Positions 18,329-27,985 of a stretch of DNA of 64,000 nucleotides are shown in pieces (within the stretch, counting starts at the first letter, position 1; each line of letters starts with the position of its first letter). The position numbers were made by a program, and so were the translations under genes. The stretch is from a virus, in the IMG/VR virus record IMGVR_UViG_3300009129_001089, one strand, 5' to 3'. The notes beneath the pieces were generated by a model. That model was given only the letters and a program-made list of their open reading frames with translations. It made no database searches and was not told the DNA's origin.

Positions 18329-18931
18329 TTAAACCTTAAATGGAAATACTGGTCCACATCCTTTTACTTGTGTATCGTGTGTTGTCATTAAATTAAATGC
18401 TACACTACATCTAGGATAATCTTTATCCCATATATCTGTATTATGAGGTATAGGTCCTAATGTTATAACTAATTGGCCGTTTTTGTTAGGTATAGGTATA
18501 GGTATATCTTCTTTTTCACCTGTATAAAATGTAGTATTACTACCTTCAGAAGATATCCCAACATATCCTAAGACAGGATATCTATGGGCATGATAACTTA
18601 ATTGTTGATCTTTTCGATGAAGATTACCATGAGAATGAATCCATAACGCTTCTTCACCAAATTTAACTTCTTCTGCAAATTGTTCCCATCCTGTTTGAAT
18701 TAATTTATAAATTGGTAATAATGCTGGTTCTACAAATAAAAATATATTCCATTTATTAAATCGAGCAGATAAGTCATCATTTTTATATGCCGTATTTGTA
18801 TCATTAGGCGTAGAACATATTTGTGGTTCGACAAATTCTAAAAATTTTACTATTCGCTCACAATCTATATGAACTCCTGCTTCGTCGGGTTGCATTATAC
18901 AAAATGGAACCCCTTCATGATATTGAATCAT
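18329..18931 (-). CDS. 2OG-Fe(II)-type oxygenase (HxH variant), paralog of neighbour
   Basis: YHAH, IPH, PRCSVAFN; shares WNI, NKNGQ and W.KD..R with 17697-18326. Confidence 0.65.
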   Translation of the reverse strand: MIQYHEGVPFCIMQPDEAGVHIDCERIVKFLEFVEPQICSTPNDTNTAYKNDDLSARFNKWNIFLFVEPALLPIYKLIQTGWEQFAEEVKFGEEALWIHSHGNLHRKDQQLSYHAHRYPVLGYVGISSEGSNTTFYTGEKEDIPIPIPNKNGQLVITLGPIPHNTDIWDKDYPRCSVAFNLMTTHDTQVKGCGPVFPFKV

Positions 18932-20447
18932 TTAACTCCTCCATTTTTTCATCATCCTGTTGATCAAATGTATCTGCATCATTATCGTCTCCTACATCTT
19001 CGGCTTCAAATAAAGAATTAAATACTGCCGCTGATGATCTTCGAGTTCTTTTATCACTAATATCGGCAAATAAGCCTTCTGCTTTTTCAATTAATGTCAT
19101 AGGATTTTCTGCTGTAAATATGTCTTTACATACTTCATTAAAATAAATTAAATTACGTGGAACCCAAGGACTAAATTCATCTTCGTTGCCTGTTGCTTTA
19201 ACTTTACGCCATTCTGTTATTTTAGGTTTATACAACATACTTGCAGTATCTGCAAGTATGTTGGCACGTTGTACAGATTCTATATGCTGATATACGTTAT
19301 GTGCCATCATTAAGAAATAACTAAAACTATCCCAACTAGTTTTGCCTTCCTTCCCTAACTTATTTAAGTCTCCTGGTTTATAATAACAAATATCTCCCAT
19401 AGTCATACGTTCTGCAATAGGACTTGTCCAAGGACAAGGAATGGTACTACCTGCAAGTTTTTTATCATCAACTGCTTTATCCATTATATAACTAAAGCGA
19501 TTATTTCTATGTACATGTTGTGTGTACATTTGTCCATGTGCGGTTGCTATAAAAGGACTAGCACAATCAAATGTAACCATCATATCTTCATTAACATGTT
19601 CACGCAAACATCGCTGTACTGTGGTAAGCATACACGCCCAATCTAATCGCGATGTACCTAAGAAATGAACTACGTCATGTTTGCCTTTTTCTAATAATTT
19701 GTCATCACGTAATACAATTAATCTACGCATAGCAAGGTAGATATTACGCATATTATTAGAACCAAACGCCCAACCTTCAAATGGAAAATGTTTTACTTCT
19801 TCATACCATTGTGATGAAGAAGCCCAATCCATTCCATGAAGAGCATTTAAAAATTTTACATTTCCTTGTCTGTTTGCGACGAACCAAGCATTATTATACA
19901 ATGTGGCTTTGAGTGTTTCGGCATAACTAGACATTTTTGTCCGTCCACGATTAACGGGATCGGCAGTCCATGACGGTACGTCCAGTACGAGGGCATAGTC
20001 AGCGGTATGCTCGAGCCAATTAAGAATCTTACCCCTAACGGCATCAGCATTACCAACATAATTGTTATCAGTAGGTACTTCATAAAAATTCTCCCAATCG
20101 AATTTAATAACACCTTTACCTATTTGGAACCCACCACTATCAGCAAGACACCAAGTTTTCGGCTTATCTCTTTTTTGTACCATACTTTCTTCAACATCAC
20201 TTTTTGCAATATCAAGTTGAGCATGGCCTGCAGAGTACAATGACCATTTATAATTAAAATATGCTTGATCTTCATTAAGAAAATTACAGCCTTCTATACC
20301 ATTTTCAAACTCAGCAGGTATTCTATTCTTAGGTACATATTCTTCTACCCGTTGTTTTGATATAAATGTATTATAAAAGCCACTTATACTAGGAAGAAAG
20401 ACTGCATAATCTTTATTACTTTTAGTTAAATTTTTCCGTGTTTTCAT
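18915..20447 (-). CDS. dpdA: TGT-like 7-deazaguanine DNA transglycosylase (DpdA family)
   Basis: DSGGFQ, LDVP, HFLG, TFD catalytic motifs of TGT fold; no obvious tRNA-TGT zinc motif; folE/queE context. Confidence 0.8.
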   Translation of the reverse strand: MKTRKNLTKSNKDYAVFLPSISGFYNTFISKQRVEEYVPKNRIPAEFENGIEGCNFLNEDQAYFNYKWSLYSAGHAQLDIAKSDVEESMVQKRDKPKTWCLADSGGFQIGKGVIKFDWENFYEVPTDNNYVGNADAVRGKILNWLEHTADYALVLDVPSWTADPVNRGRTKMSSYAETLKATLYNNAWFVANRQGNVKFLNALHGMDWASSSQWYEEVKHFPFEGWAFGSNNMRNIYLAMRRLIVLRDDKLLEKGKHDVVHFLGTSRLDWACMLTTVQRCLREHVNEDMMVTFDCASPFIATAHGQMYTQHVHRNNRFSYIMDKAVDDKKLAGSTIPCPWTSPIAERMTMGDICYYKPGDLNKLGKEGKTSWDSFSYFLMMAHNVYQHIESVQRANILADTASMLYKPKITEWRKVKATGNEDEFSPWVPRNLIYFNEVCKDIFTAENPMTLIEKAEGLFADISDKRTRRSSAAVFNSLFEAEDVGDDNDADTFDQQDDEKMEELNDSIS

Positions 20448-21190
20448 TTATTCATCGCTGGTAAAATATAATCATATGTTGCAAGTCCACTATCAATACT
20501 AATTTGCAAAGCACCTTGATCTGAAATATTCATAACACATGCTCCGCTCATTCCTAATTTAAGAATACCTAATACTTGTTGTAATGGCCAACTCCAATTT
20601 TGATTTAATTGTCCTTCTACATTTCTTGCAAATATACGTTTACCAACATGTCCGCTACCATCGTCAGTACCAACGCCGATAACAACATTACCATTTTCGG
20701 TTTTAACAGAAAAAGTTGGTTCAATTGTTGAATAAATACCTGCAATTTGGGCAAGCTCTTGAACACTTTGTTTAGATGGTTCAAATGATACATTCCAATT
20801 AACTCCTCTAAATTTCACTGTTTTAAGTTGTTGTTCTACAACTTCTTTACTCATAAATCGATATTGATCAGTATTACCATGCTGATCTTCAAACGTCAAT
20901 GACTCTAATACTTGCTCGCCATTGCGTTCACGATTGTTAACATTAATTGTACCTTCATCTGATTTATACCCATCAAGATTAACAATACCATTTAAAAAGC
21001 CTAAATTACCCATACCAAATTCACCAATGAACTCGGCTACTGGGTTAGTTGTTTTTGCATTTAAAATAACAGTTCTATCTGGATCCATTGCTTCAAAAGA
21101 AGTTTCTGAATCCGTACCTGTTACTTTTACATTTTCAATGAACCCAAGACCAGCAGTATGGTCGACAAGGTCCAGAAGAATATCTTTCAT
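20444..21190 (-). CDS. DNA sliding clamp (gp45/PCNA-like)
   Basis: 248 aa two-domain beta-rich pattern ending YDYILPA; near PolB; early promoter. Confidence 0.7.
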   Translation of the reverse strand: MKDILLDLVDHTAGLGFIENVKVTGTDSETSFEAMDPDRTVILNAKTTNPVAEFIGEFGMGNLGFLNGIVNLDGYKSDEGTINVNNRERNGEQVLESLTFEDQHGNTDQYRFMSKEVVEQQLKTVKFRGVNWNVSFEPSKQSVQELAQIAGIYSTIEPTFSVKTENGNVVIGVGTDDGSGHVGKRIFARNVEGQLNQNWSWPLQQVLGILKLGMSGACVMNISDQGALQISIDSGLATYDYILPAMNK

Positions 21191-21219
21191 ATGTCTCCTT
21201 TAGATTAATTAGTTAATAT

Positions 21220-21248
21220 ATTATAACATGCCGAACGGCTAATGTCAA
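21220..21248 (-). promoter_or_regulatory. Consensus sigma70 promoter
   Basis: TTGACA-17nt-TATAAT upstream of clamp/dpdA. Confidence 0.85.
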
Positions 21249-21249
21249 G

Positions 21250-21687
21250 TTAAAATTTAGATATAAATCTTGCAATAGGTTGTACTAATGGTAATAGTAC
21301 GACTGCCATAACTGTATTCACTCCTGTATGTACAAGAGCTACCTGCTTTGTAATGCCCGTAGGCATACCATCACTTACTAACATTCCTGCTATCCATATA
21401 GTGCCTGTTGTGCCTACATTTGCTCCTAATATAGCGGCAATCGCCGACGGAAGTGGTAACGTACCTGAAGCAACGAGACCAATTACCGCAGTTGTAGTAA
21501 GAGATGAAGATTGCCATAGGAGGGTACATATTATTGCTCCAAGAAACATCCAATACGGATTTCCTAAAAACCATTGAAGGTGTTCTAAATGACCCATTGA
21601 TTTCATACCACCTGAAAACATTTTAAGTCCTATATAAAAAATTACCAAACCTAAAAGGGTTTGAAAGACAGGATTATTAAATTCCAT
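21250..21687 (-). CDS. Short Na+/Pi cotransporter-family membrane protein
   Basis: GLKMFSGG, QSSS, GANVGTT, LVH; single repeat, no PhoU domain. Confidence 0.8.
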   Translation of the reverse strand: MEFNNPVFQTLLGLVIFYIGLKMFSGGMKSMGHLEHLQWFLGNPYWMFLGAIICTLLWQSSSLTTTAVIGLVASGTLPLPSAIAAILGANVGTTGTIWIAGMLVSDGMPTGITKQVALVHTGVNTVMAVVLLPLVQPIARFISKF

Positions 21688-21740
21688 GTAGCTTCCTTTT
21701 TTATATTTCCATGAATCGTAAAGTTTTCTATCTTTTTTTT

Positions 21741-21929
21741 TCATTGATTACATTCTTGATCAATATAATCTTCTAACCAAACTTTACCACAATTTGCTTC
21801 TGCATCTTCTATAGTTTGCTCAATTGCTCTAAGCGTTTCTCGTGGTAGTTGTTTTGTATAATCTTTAATCATGTTATCTACATGAGTTACATATTGGGTA
21901 AATGTCATATTCTTCCTATGAAATCTCAA
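21741..21929 (-). CDS. Hypothetical protein
   Basis: ORF track. Confidence 0.45.
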   Translation of the reverse strand: MRFHRKNMTFTQYVTHVDNMIKDYTKQLPRETLRAIEQTIEDAEANCGKVWLEDYIDQECNQ

Positions 21930-24579
21930 ATAATGAGTTAAAAGTATTTGTGGTTTCTGTATCTTTCAGATCCCAATCAAGCACTCCAATTAAATTGTCT
22001 ATCTTTTTATTTATGATAGCATTCTCCATTCCACCATGATCAAATGGCAATTCTTTATACCAATTTGGTAAATGTAATTCATCAATCGGATATGCAATAG
22101 ATGTCATGCCCATTGGATTATTTCTTAATTTACAAACAATAGTTTTCATACCATCTGTAATTTCCATTGAATAGTTATCTGAATATGCTTTGCGTAATCT
22201 GTTCCAATTAATAGCCGCCATTACATGCCCTACTCCGCACTTGCCTGTACGATTGTACATTTTAGTATATTTTGTAAGATTGTTTACACGCTTTGGAGTA
22301 CCTTTTTCCCAACCTGGGCGTTCTTTAAATTTTCCTCTAAAGTCTTTTATTTTTGTAAAGATCTCTGTTTGTCCTTTTCCATCTAATACATCAAACAAAA
22401 TTTCTTCTAAAAATCTTTGCATAAATTCTGGAGTATCACTTCGTTTAAGATCTAAGCCCATGGCCTTAAGTTTACCTGGTTGACCTTCGGTATCTTTACG
22501 ATTGCCTTCTTCGTCATAGACCAAGATACCGTATCTTTTCTTTTTAATAAATAATCCTTTTGTAGCAACAATTTCCCTTGCCGCCGCAATTATTTCTCCG
22601 CTTTCTAAAGTAATACCAAACGCCTTATTCATATACTTCGGAAATGTAGAATTTACTTCCGTACCTATTACATCATATAATTTTATTGCCTGTTCTTTAC
22701 CCCATTCTACAGTTCCATTCTCTATATCTTCCTTGAGAGAATATATAGCACTATAATACACGCTATCAGTATCACCATATATGATACTTGAACCCACATG
22801 ATTGTACTCTCCTGTAAGTACTTTATTAACTTCTGCGGCCATATGCTTTGCAATTGATCTACCTGTTAAAGTTACACTTTGTCCCATTCGTAGATCAAAG
22901 AATCTTGATCCTGGATTTAAAATGGCTCCATATAAACTATTTAAGTTAATTTTCTTTACAAGTTGCCTTTTATCCCAAAATTCTATTCTTCTTTTATCTT
23001 TATCATCTATTGCTTTTTGCAAATTCTTTTGCATCTCTTTACGCTCGGCATACCAACGTTCTAACAAGTTAGGTATAATACCTTTATTATCATATCTAAA
23101 GAGTGTACCGTTTGCAGATATGCCCCAAGGGTTACCTTGATTATGTATTAAATCGTACATTTCTGCACCAGTGTATTGATCTGTATTTCCGTTTTCCCAA
23201 TCAACTGTTATTTTTTCTGCTATATCTCGTTCTTGTATTAAATCATATTCTAATGTATTAAATATTCCTTCCCATGCTTCAGCAAATGTTGCTTTTTTAC
23301 CCATTTTTTCACGAACCATTGCATGAGTTTTATCTAGTCTACATTGCCCTATAATTGTTTCTGGTCCCATATTCATAGCACGAATTACACTAGGATATAG
23401 TGAATTCAAGTCCATAGAACCTATCCAATCATGCATTCCTATTTTTGGTTGTGCTACATAGGCACCTGCGGCAGTACTAAATTCGTCTTCGCTTTTTTGT
23501 TTTTTATCAGGTACTTGTAAACCTTGGCTATGTGCTTCGTTTATAATTGCTTGGTCACTAACGGCTACTGCCCCCATTGTTGTTTGCAGTAATACCGTAT
23601 TAGCATGGGCTAACACATTTGCTAAATCAATGAACTGTAATTTGTCATCCATTTTCTTTAGCATCATTGTATCTTGTCTATTATATGCTATAAATTTTTC
23701 ATAATCATTGTTATATAGTTGATCTAATGTACCTTCATATGTAACTTTTGTTTCGCCAATTTCGTATTCTCCAACAGCATCTAATCTATAACTATGCATT
23801 TCGTGATATGTATACTTGCGATACAACTCTAAATAATCTAAATGTACTCTACCTATTAAATCAAATGTCTCTAATTCTCTGCCAAATTTTTCAAATTCTC
23901 TTTTACGTGGATATTGTCCCCATAAACAAAAGTCTCGCATACGTTCTTTGCCTAATACTCTAGCAACTCTGTTTACAGTATATGGAATATCATAACCTTC
24001 GCTGTTCCATCCGCTTAATATATCTGCATCATCTATTAATTTTAAAAAATTTTCTAACAATTCTTCCTCTGTATTACAGAGCATAGTGTTTTCAAACTTA
24101 TCACATATTTTTTCTGCTTCTGCTCGTTCAACTGTTTTTGGACGAATTGTTAATGTTATTAATTCTTCTATCCAACTACACCATAATGTAACAGAATTAA
24201 TCATTGAGAAAGGATCAGAAGGATCAGCAAACCCTTTACTTTGTTGAAAGTCTACCTCAATATCAAAGAAACATTTATTTAAGTTTGGTGCTTCTTTACC
24301 TAAATAGTTGTCTTCTAAACAACGAAATACAGGATTAATATCAGACTCAAATAACTGTTTATGTGAATGAATTTTCTTTTCCATGCGGAAGGTTTTTCCG
24401 CTTGTGGTGCTTGCTCGAGATAAAGGTGTTCCAAATATAGAACGATATTTTCCTTTTACATCAGGATAATAGAAGATATATTTTGCAGGATATGTTTGAT
24501 ATTCCCGTTTCTTTCTAGATCGCTCTACTATATGTATTGCGTCTTTTTCTCTATCAAAAAATGCGTCTACGTAACTCAT
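21916..24579 (-). CDS. Family B DNA polymerase (T4 gp43-like) with proofreading exonuclease
   Basis: DIEVD, GWNSEGYD, YNRQD, DLNSLYPS, KINLNSLYG, YGDTDS, KKRY. Confidence 0.97.
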   Translation of the reverse strand: MSYVDAFFDREKDAIHIVERSRKKREYQTYPAKYIFYYPDVKGKYRSIFGTPLSRASTTSGKTFRMEKKIHSHKQLFESDINPVFRCLEDNYLGKEAPNLNKCFFDIEVDFQQSKGFADPSDPFSMINSVTLWCSWIEELITLTIRPKTVERAEAEKICDKFENTMLCNTEEELLENFLKLIDDADILSGWNSEGYDIPYTVNRVARVLGKERMRDFCLWGQYPRKREFEKFGRELETFDLIGRVHLDYLELYRKYTYHEMHSYRLDAVGEYEIGETKVTYEGTLDQLYNNDYEKFIAYNRQDTMMLKKMDDKLQFIDLANVLAHANTVLLQTTMGAVAVSDQAIINEAHSQGLQVPDKKQKSEDEFSTAAGAYVAQPKIGMHDWIGSMDLNSLYPSVIRAMNMGPETIIGQCRLDKTHAMVREKMGKKATFAEAWEGIFNTLEYDLIQERDIAEKITVDWENGNTDQYTGAEMYDLIHNQGNPWGISANGTLFRYDNKGIIPNLLERWYAERKEMQKNLQKAIDDKDKRRIEFWDKRQLVKKINLNSLYGAILNPGSRFFDLRMGQSVTLTGRSIAKHMAAEVNKVLTGEYNHVGSSIIYGDTDSVYYSAIYSLKEDIENGTVEWGKEQAIKLYDVIGTEVNSTFPKYMNKAFGITLESGEIIAAAREIVATKGLFIKKKRYGILVYDEEGNRKDTEGQPGKLKAMGLDLKRSDTPEFMQRFLEEILFDVLDGKGQTEIFTKIKDFRGKFKERPGWEKGTPKRVNNLTKYTKMYNRTGKCGVGHVMAAINWNRLRKAYSDNYSMEITDGMKTIVCKLRNNPMGMTSIAYPIDELHLPNWYKELPFDHGGMENAIINKKIDNLIGVLDWDLKDTETTNTFNSLFEIS

Positions 24580-25306
24580 CAGCGTATTTATTATGACATT
24601 CTTGTGTAGGGTGTTTATGAGGTGCTATGGCATTCAAATCTTTAGCAAGATCCATTATACCACCATATTCTGAAGTTTCATTTTGCATAAAAATAAATTT
24701 TGGCCAATCTATTAATTCGTATAATTGTTTTATATTACCTATTATAGCATCTATAGGAGGTTTGTCTACAAATAAATTAAAAATATATTCATCATCTACA
24801 CATAACGATTTATATGAAGGCAAAGTCATGTTGTAGTTTATATTCAAAGATTCTAAATGTAATTGGGTAAAATATATATTACTTAATGTATTATATATTC
24901 CTGCATAATCGGAATAAAAATATTTGTAATATAAATCAATAAATTGCTTACCTTCTTTTTTAACTTTTTGTGACCAATTTGGTCCAACAGTAGTAAACAA
25001 TTTTTCACATTCTTTAGTATTTTCGGTATAAGGCGAATACTCTGTTATATTCTCTGCTTGTAAAAATTCTGCCCTATCATTATAAGACCATGCAACTATA
25101 ACAAAATTAGGTCGACAATAGGTACTAAAATTAATACAAAGGCGCCTAATACCAAAATTAGATAACCCTGGATATGCAAAATTTGCCGCACCTAATATAG
25201 CAGGCCATGCATGTTCGCTAGGATCATTTTTTGCTTCTTCGTATGGTACATCTTCTAATTCGTCGCCAAATGTAATTGAATCCCCAAAAACAATAAATGG
25301 GTTCAT
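24554..25306 (-). CDS. SGNH/GDSL hydrolase-like protein
   Basis: FGDSITFG, PGLSN, HP...H. Confidence 0.65.
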   Translation of the reverse strand: MNPFIVFGDSITFGDELEDVPYEEAKNDPSEHAWPAILGAANFAYPGLSNFGIRRLCINFSTYCRPNFVIVAWSYNDRAEFLQAENITEYSPYTENTKECEKLFTTVGPNWSQKVKKEGKQFIDLYYKYFYSDYAGIYNTLSNIYFTQLHLESLNINYNMTLPSYKSLCVDDEYIFNLFVDKPPIDAIIGNIKQLYELIDWPKFIFMQNETSEYGGIMDLAKDLNAIAPHKHPTQECHNKYADELRRRIF

Positions 25307-25563
25307 GCAGTTCGTCCAACTGCCTGTAATACATCTTCTACTGCTTCAAAGTCATCCTTTGATTGATGCAATGATGCCTTATGTGCTATTTTAATTGCTT
25401 TGTTTAATGTAGCCGCTTTAATTTCCATTTCTTGGGCAACGGCTTTAACTGTATCGCCTAACCCTTCTCGCAAATCTTGAATTTCTTGCGATACTTGAAC
25501 ACCTTCGGTTACAAGTTGTTTAAGTTTAGCAATTTCATTTATACTATATGTTTTTGTTGGCAT
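25303..25563 (-). CDS. Small dsDNA-binding protein (T4 DsbA/GapR-like)
   Basis: Helical IQDLRE...VK....E......LNKAIK pattern; early promoter. Confidence 0.55.
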   Translation of the reverse strand: MPTKTYSINEIAKLKQLVTEGVQVSQEIQDLREGLGDTVKAVAQEMEIKAATLNKAIKIAHKASLHQSKDDFEAVEDVLQAVGRTA

Positions 25564-25592
25564 TTTTCTCCTTTCATAAATAATGTCTTATT

Positions 25593-25621
25593 ATTATAGC
25601 ATACTCTAAAATATGAGTCAA
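25593..25621 (-). promoter_or_regulatory. Sigma70 promoter with extended -10
   Basis: TTGACT-17nt-TATAAT (TGcTATAAT) upstream of the PolB operon. Confidence 0.8.
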
Positions 25622-25622
25622 C

Positions 25623-26153
25623 CTATAAAAAATTAAAATTTATGGTTACCCTAACTTGTTCATCTGTACAATTTGTACTATAATGATCCATAGCTCCGTC
25701 AAAAACTACAAATCGATTTTTTATAGAATCTACTTTAATGTCTCCTATTTGTGTATAGCCATCATTAGTGTTAATATAATATACTGCCGATTTATTGTTG
25801 AATGAAAAATCTTGGTGAGGAGCATGTTCTAATAAATTTTCTGTAGAAGGATACATATTTGCTTTAATTCGTATTAATGCTTTATAATTTAATTTTTCTA
25901 TAATTGGAACTAAATGTTCAAATTCTGGTGCAATAATTCCTTCTGGTTGTCGCCAAATAACAAATGCCCAAAAACAATCTGATGGATCGCCGGTTGATCG
26001 ATTATGCATTTGTTCGACGGCAACTTTACTTTGGAATCGCCATTGAGGGTTTCTACTTAAAAAATGTTCTTCTAATTCGTCTGCTATGCCTTTTGGTAAG
26101 TAGTCATCTATTACCTCAGCAACGATATTGCCTTTGGTATCTTTATGAAACAT
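25623..26153 (-). CDS. 2OG-Fe(II) oxygenase
   Basis: HQD, YYINTNDGYT, H, R.TINFN. Confidence 0.75.
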   Translation of the reverse strand: MFHKDTKGNIVAEVIDDYLPKGIADELEEHFLSRNPQWRFQSKVAVEQMHNRSTGDPSDCFWAFVIWRQPEGIIAPEFEHLVPIIEKLNYKALIRIKANMYPSTENLLEHAPHQDFSFNNKSAVYYINTNDGYTQIGDIKVDSIKNRFVVFDGAMDHYSTNCTDEQVRVTINFNFL

Positions 26154-26155
26154 GT

Positions 26156-26620
26156 TTAATCTTTAGGTATTGCTCTTGAAACATCAAATGTATAAAATTC
26201 AATTTGTCCTAATCTACTTTTACTTCTAGTATCATCACTTGTTTGATCAACAATTTCGCCTTGGACAACTTCTCCTGCTTCTTGTCGTCCTCGTATTTCT
26301 TCTTGTTTTTCGTGATCTTGTTCTGAATACGGAAATCGATATGCTATAGGTTCATCCTCACCTGGATATCCGACCCAATAAAATATCCAATCTGGTTCTT
26401 TAACAGCAGATGATATAACAATAAATTTACCTTCTTTTATTTTATCTGTTGGGTATCCTAACATGCTTTGTACTGTAAAATAAGTCGTAACAGTAAGAGC
26501 AAGAGTAGCAGGAATTATAACAAACATCCATACTTTATCTGCACCATGTTGTATTAAATCCCATAAAAATATTGCAAGTAAAACTAACCATGCTATTATT
26601 AAAAAACTAAATGCTAACAT
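26156..26620 (-). CDS. Two-TM membrane protein, third gene of the MotA/ExbB module
   Basis: Two N-terminal TMs, LGYP. Confidence 0.65.
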   Translation of the reverse strand: MLAFSFLIIAWLVLLAIFLWDLIQHGADKVWMFVIIPATLALTVTTYFTVQSMLGYPTDKIKEGKFIVISSAVKEPDWIFYWVGYPGEDEPIAYRFPYSEQDHEKQEEIRGRQEAGEVVQGEIVDQTSDDTRSKSRLGQIEFYTFDVSRAIPKD

Positions 26621-27516
26621 TAGAATCCCCTCGAATCTGCGCCTATATTATCGTATCTATTTAATTCTGCATCACTTTCTTGTGTTGGAGCAGAATTAAT
26701 TCCTCCTCCTGGTGTTGAATAATAGCTTTCTTCGGTACCACTACTATGAACCTCATCATCATCTGCAGGTATATTATCTTCTATCATATATGATGGCGGA
26801 GATGGGCGATCATCTGGTTCTGCAACACCTTGTATTTGGGTTCCTTCGCCGGCGGCTTCTGCACTTATGCTTGTTGAATGTCCTGAGCCTTCAATAGGGG
26901 AAAGATTACTTCGGTCTCGACCTGCAAATCTTCTTTTTCGTTTATTTTTATTTTTTACATAACCTTCGGGTGTAACTGTAAATCTTATTATTGTTTCTTC
27001 TTGTCTTGTATTTTCTAATGTAACTATACCAGTATGTACTTCTCCATATGGATTAAGTTTTATTACCCTTGTTGTTACTTCGATCGGACCTTCTTGCTGG
27101 CTGCCTTTCATAGAATATAAATGATTATTAACTATATATTCTCCTGGCACTATACCTCTAATTGTCATTACTTCTCGATTTAAATAGATTGTCTTTGTAG
27201 TTCCGTCTGCTAATACTACTTTATCGTTTGATTGGCCTAAATCGTCTTTATCTAAATGTAACAAACCGGCTTGCAAATTAGGAAAACCAACTATATTGCC
27301 AACAGGATCTGCCATCCATAAATCTACATCATATGCAGACTGATCATCCCATTCCATTATGATCATAAATTCTGCTTTTGCTTCTATTTCTGCATCTTTT
27401 TCAACAGGATTAATTAAAATAAAAGCGACTATGAACATAAAAACAAAACCGATTAATACATTAAAAAGTAGATCGGTAAATGCTAGTGTACTTTTATATT
27501 TAGAATTACTGTTCAT
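26620..27516 (-). CDS. MotB/ExbD-like single-TM protein with soluble domain
   Basis: AFTDLLFN Asp-bearing TM; DVDLW..DP, LDKDDLG. Confidence 0.65.
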   Translation of the reverse strand: MNSNSKYKSTLAFTDLLFNVLIGFVFMFIVAFILINPVEKDAEIEAKAEFMIIMEWDDQSAYDVDLWMADPVGNIVGFPNLQAGLLHLDKDDLGQSNDKVVLADGTTKTIYLNREVMTIRGIVPGEYIVNNHLYSMKGSQQEGPIEVTTRVIKLNPYGEVHTGIVTLENTRQEETIIRFTVTPEGYVKNKNKRKRRFAGRDRSNLSPIEGSGHSTSISAEAAGEGTQIQGVAEPDDRPSPPSYMIEDNIPADDDEVHSSGTEESYYSTPGGGINSAPTQESDAELNRYDNIGADSRGF

Positions 27517-27985
27517 GGCGAAAGTAGAATTTATTCTTTTTTCTGTTCTCGTTGTCTACATTAACCAATTGTATTTTTAATGCTAACGAACAGATCAACC
27601 CTATCAATGTTGTATATAAGGCAGTACTCATGCCTAATGCCATTTTTGTAAGCGAACTCTGTATAGTGCTTGTGTTTGCTAAATCAATTTCTGCAAATGC
27701 GCCACTTAACATTAACAAAAATCCGGTAACAGTTCCTATCATCCCCAACGCAAGACAGGCTTCAGCAGTAAACCAGCCAATGCTAACATCTTGCATTTGA
27801 TTTTCAGATTTTTTTGTTCTCCATCCTATCCATATGGATGTTAAAACAAATACTATTAATATTAAAAAACTTATTTTAGTTTGGTCGGCATTATATAAGT
27901 CTATGTGCAAATTAAAATATACTGCAACACCACCGGTAAGATAGGTTAGACAAAATATAAGCCACCATCGTAATAGTGCTTTCAT
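27506..27985 (-). CDS. MotA/TolQ/ExbB proton-channel protein
   Basis: LGMIGTVTG, GMSTALYTTLIGL. Confidence 0.85.
   Translation of the reverse strand: MKALLRWWLIFCLTYLTGGVAVYFNLHIDLYNADQTKISFLILIVFVLTSIWIGWRTKKSENQMQDVSIGWFTAEACLALGMIGTVTGFLLMLSGAFAEIDLANTSTIQSSLTKMALGMSTALYTTLIGLICSLALKIQLVNVDNENRKKNKFYFRHEQ

Noticed and set aside
18915-20447. Calling this gene tRNA-guanine transglycosylase tgt
   Set aside because: No obvious CxCxxC zinc motif, longer than Tgt, and in a clamp/polymerase context that favours a DNA substrate
21229-21239. GCCGTTCGGC palindrome in the promoter spacer as an operator or terminator
   Set aside because: Only 4 bp, no U-tract, and not seen in the other promoters
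21916-24579. Intein, intron or split in the DNA polymerase
   Set aside because: Continuous 887-aa ORF with normally spaced motifs
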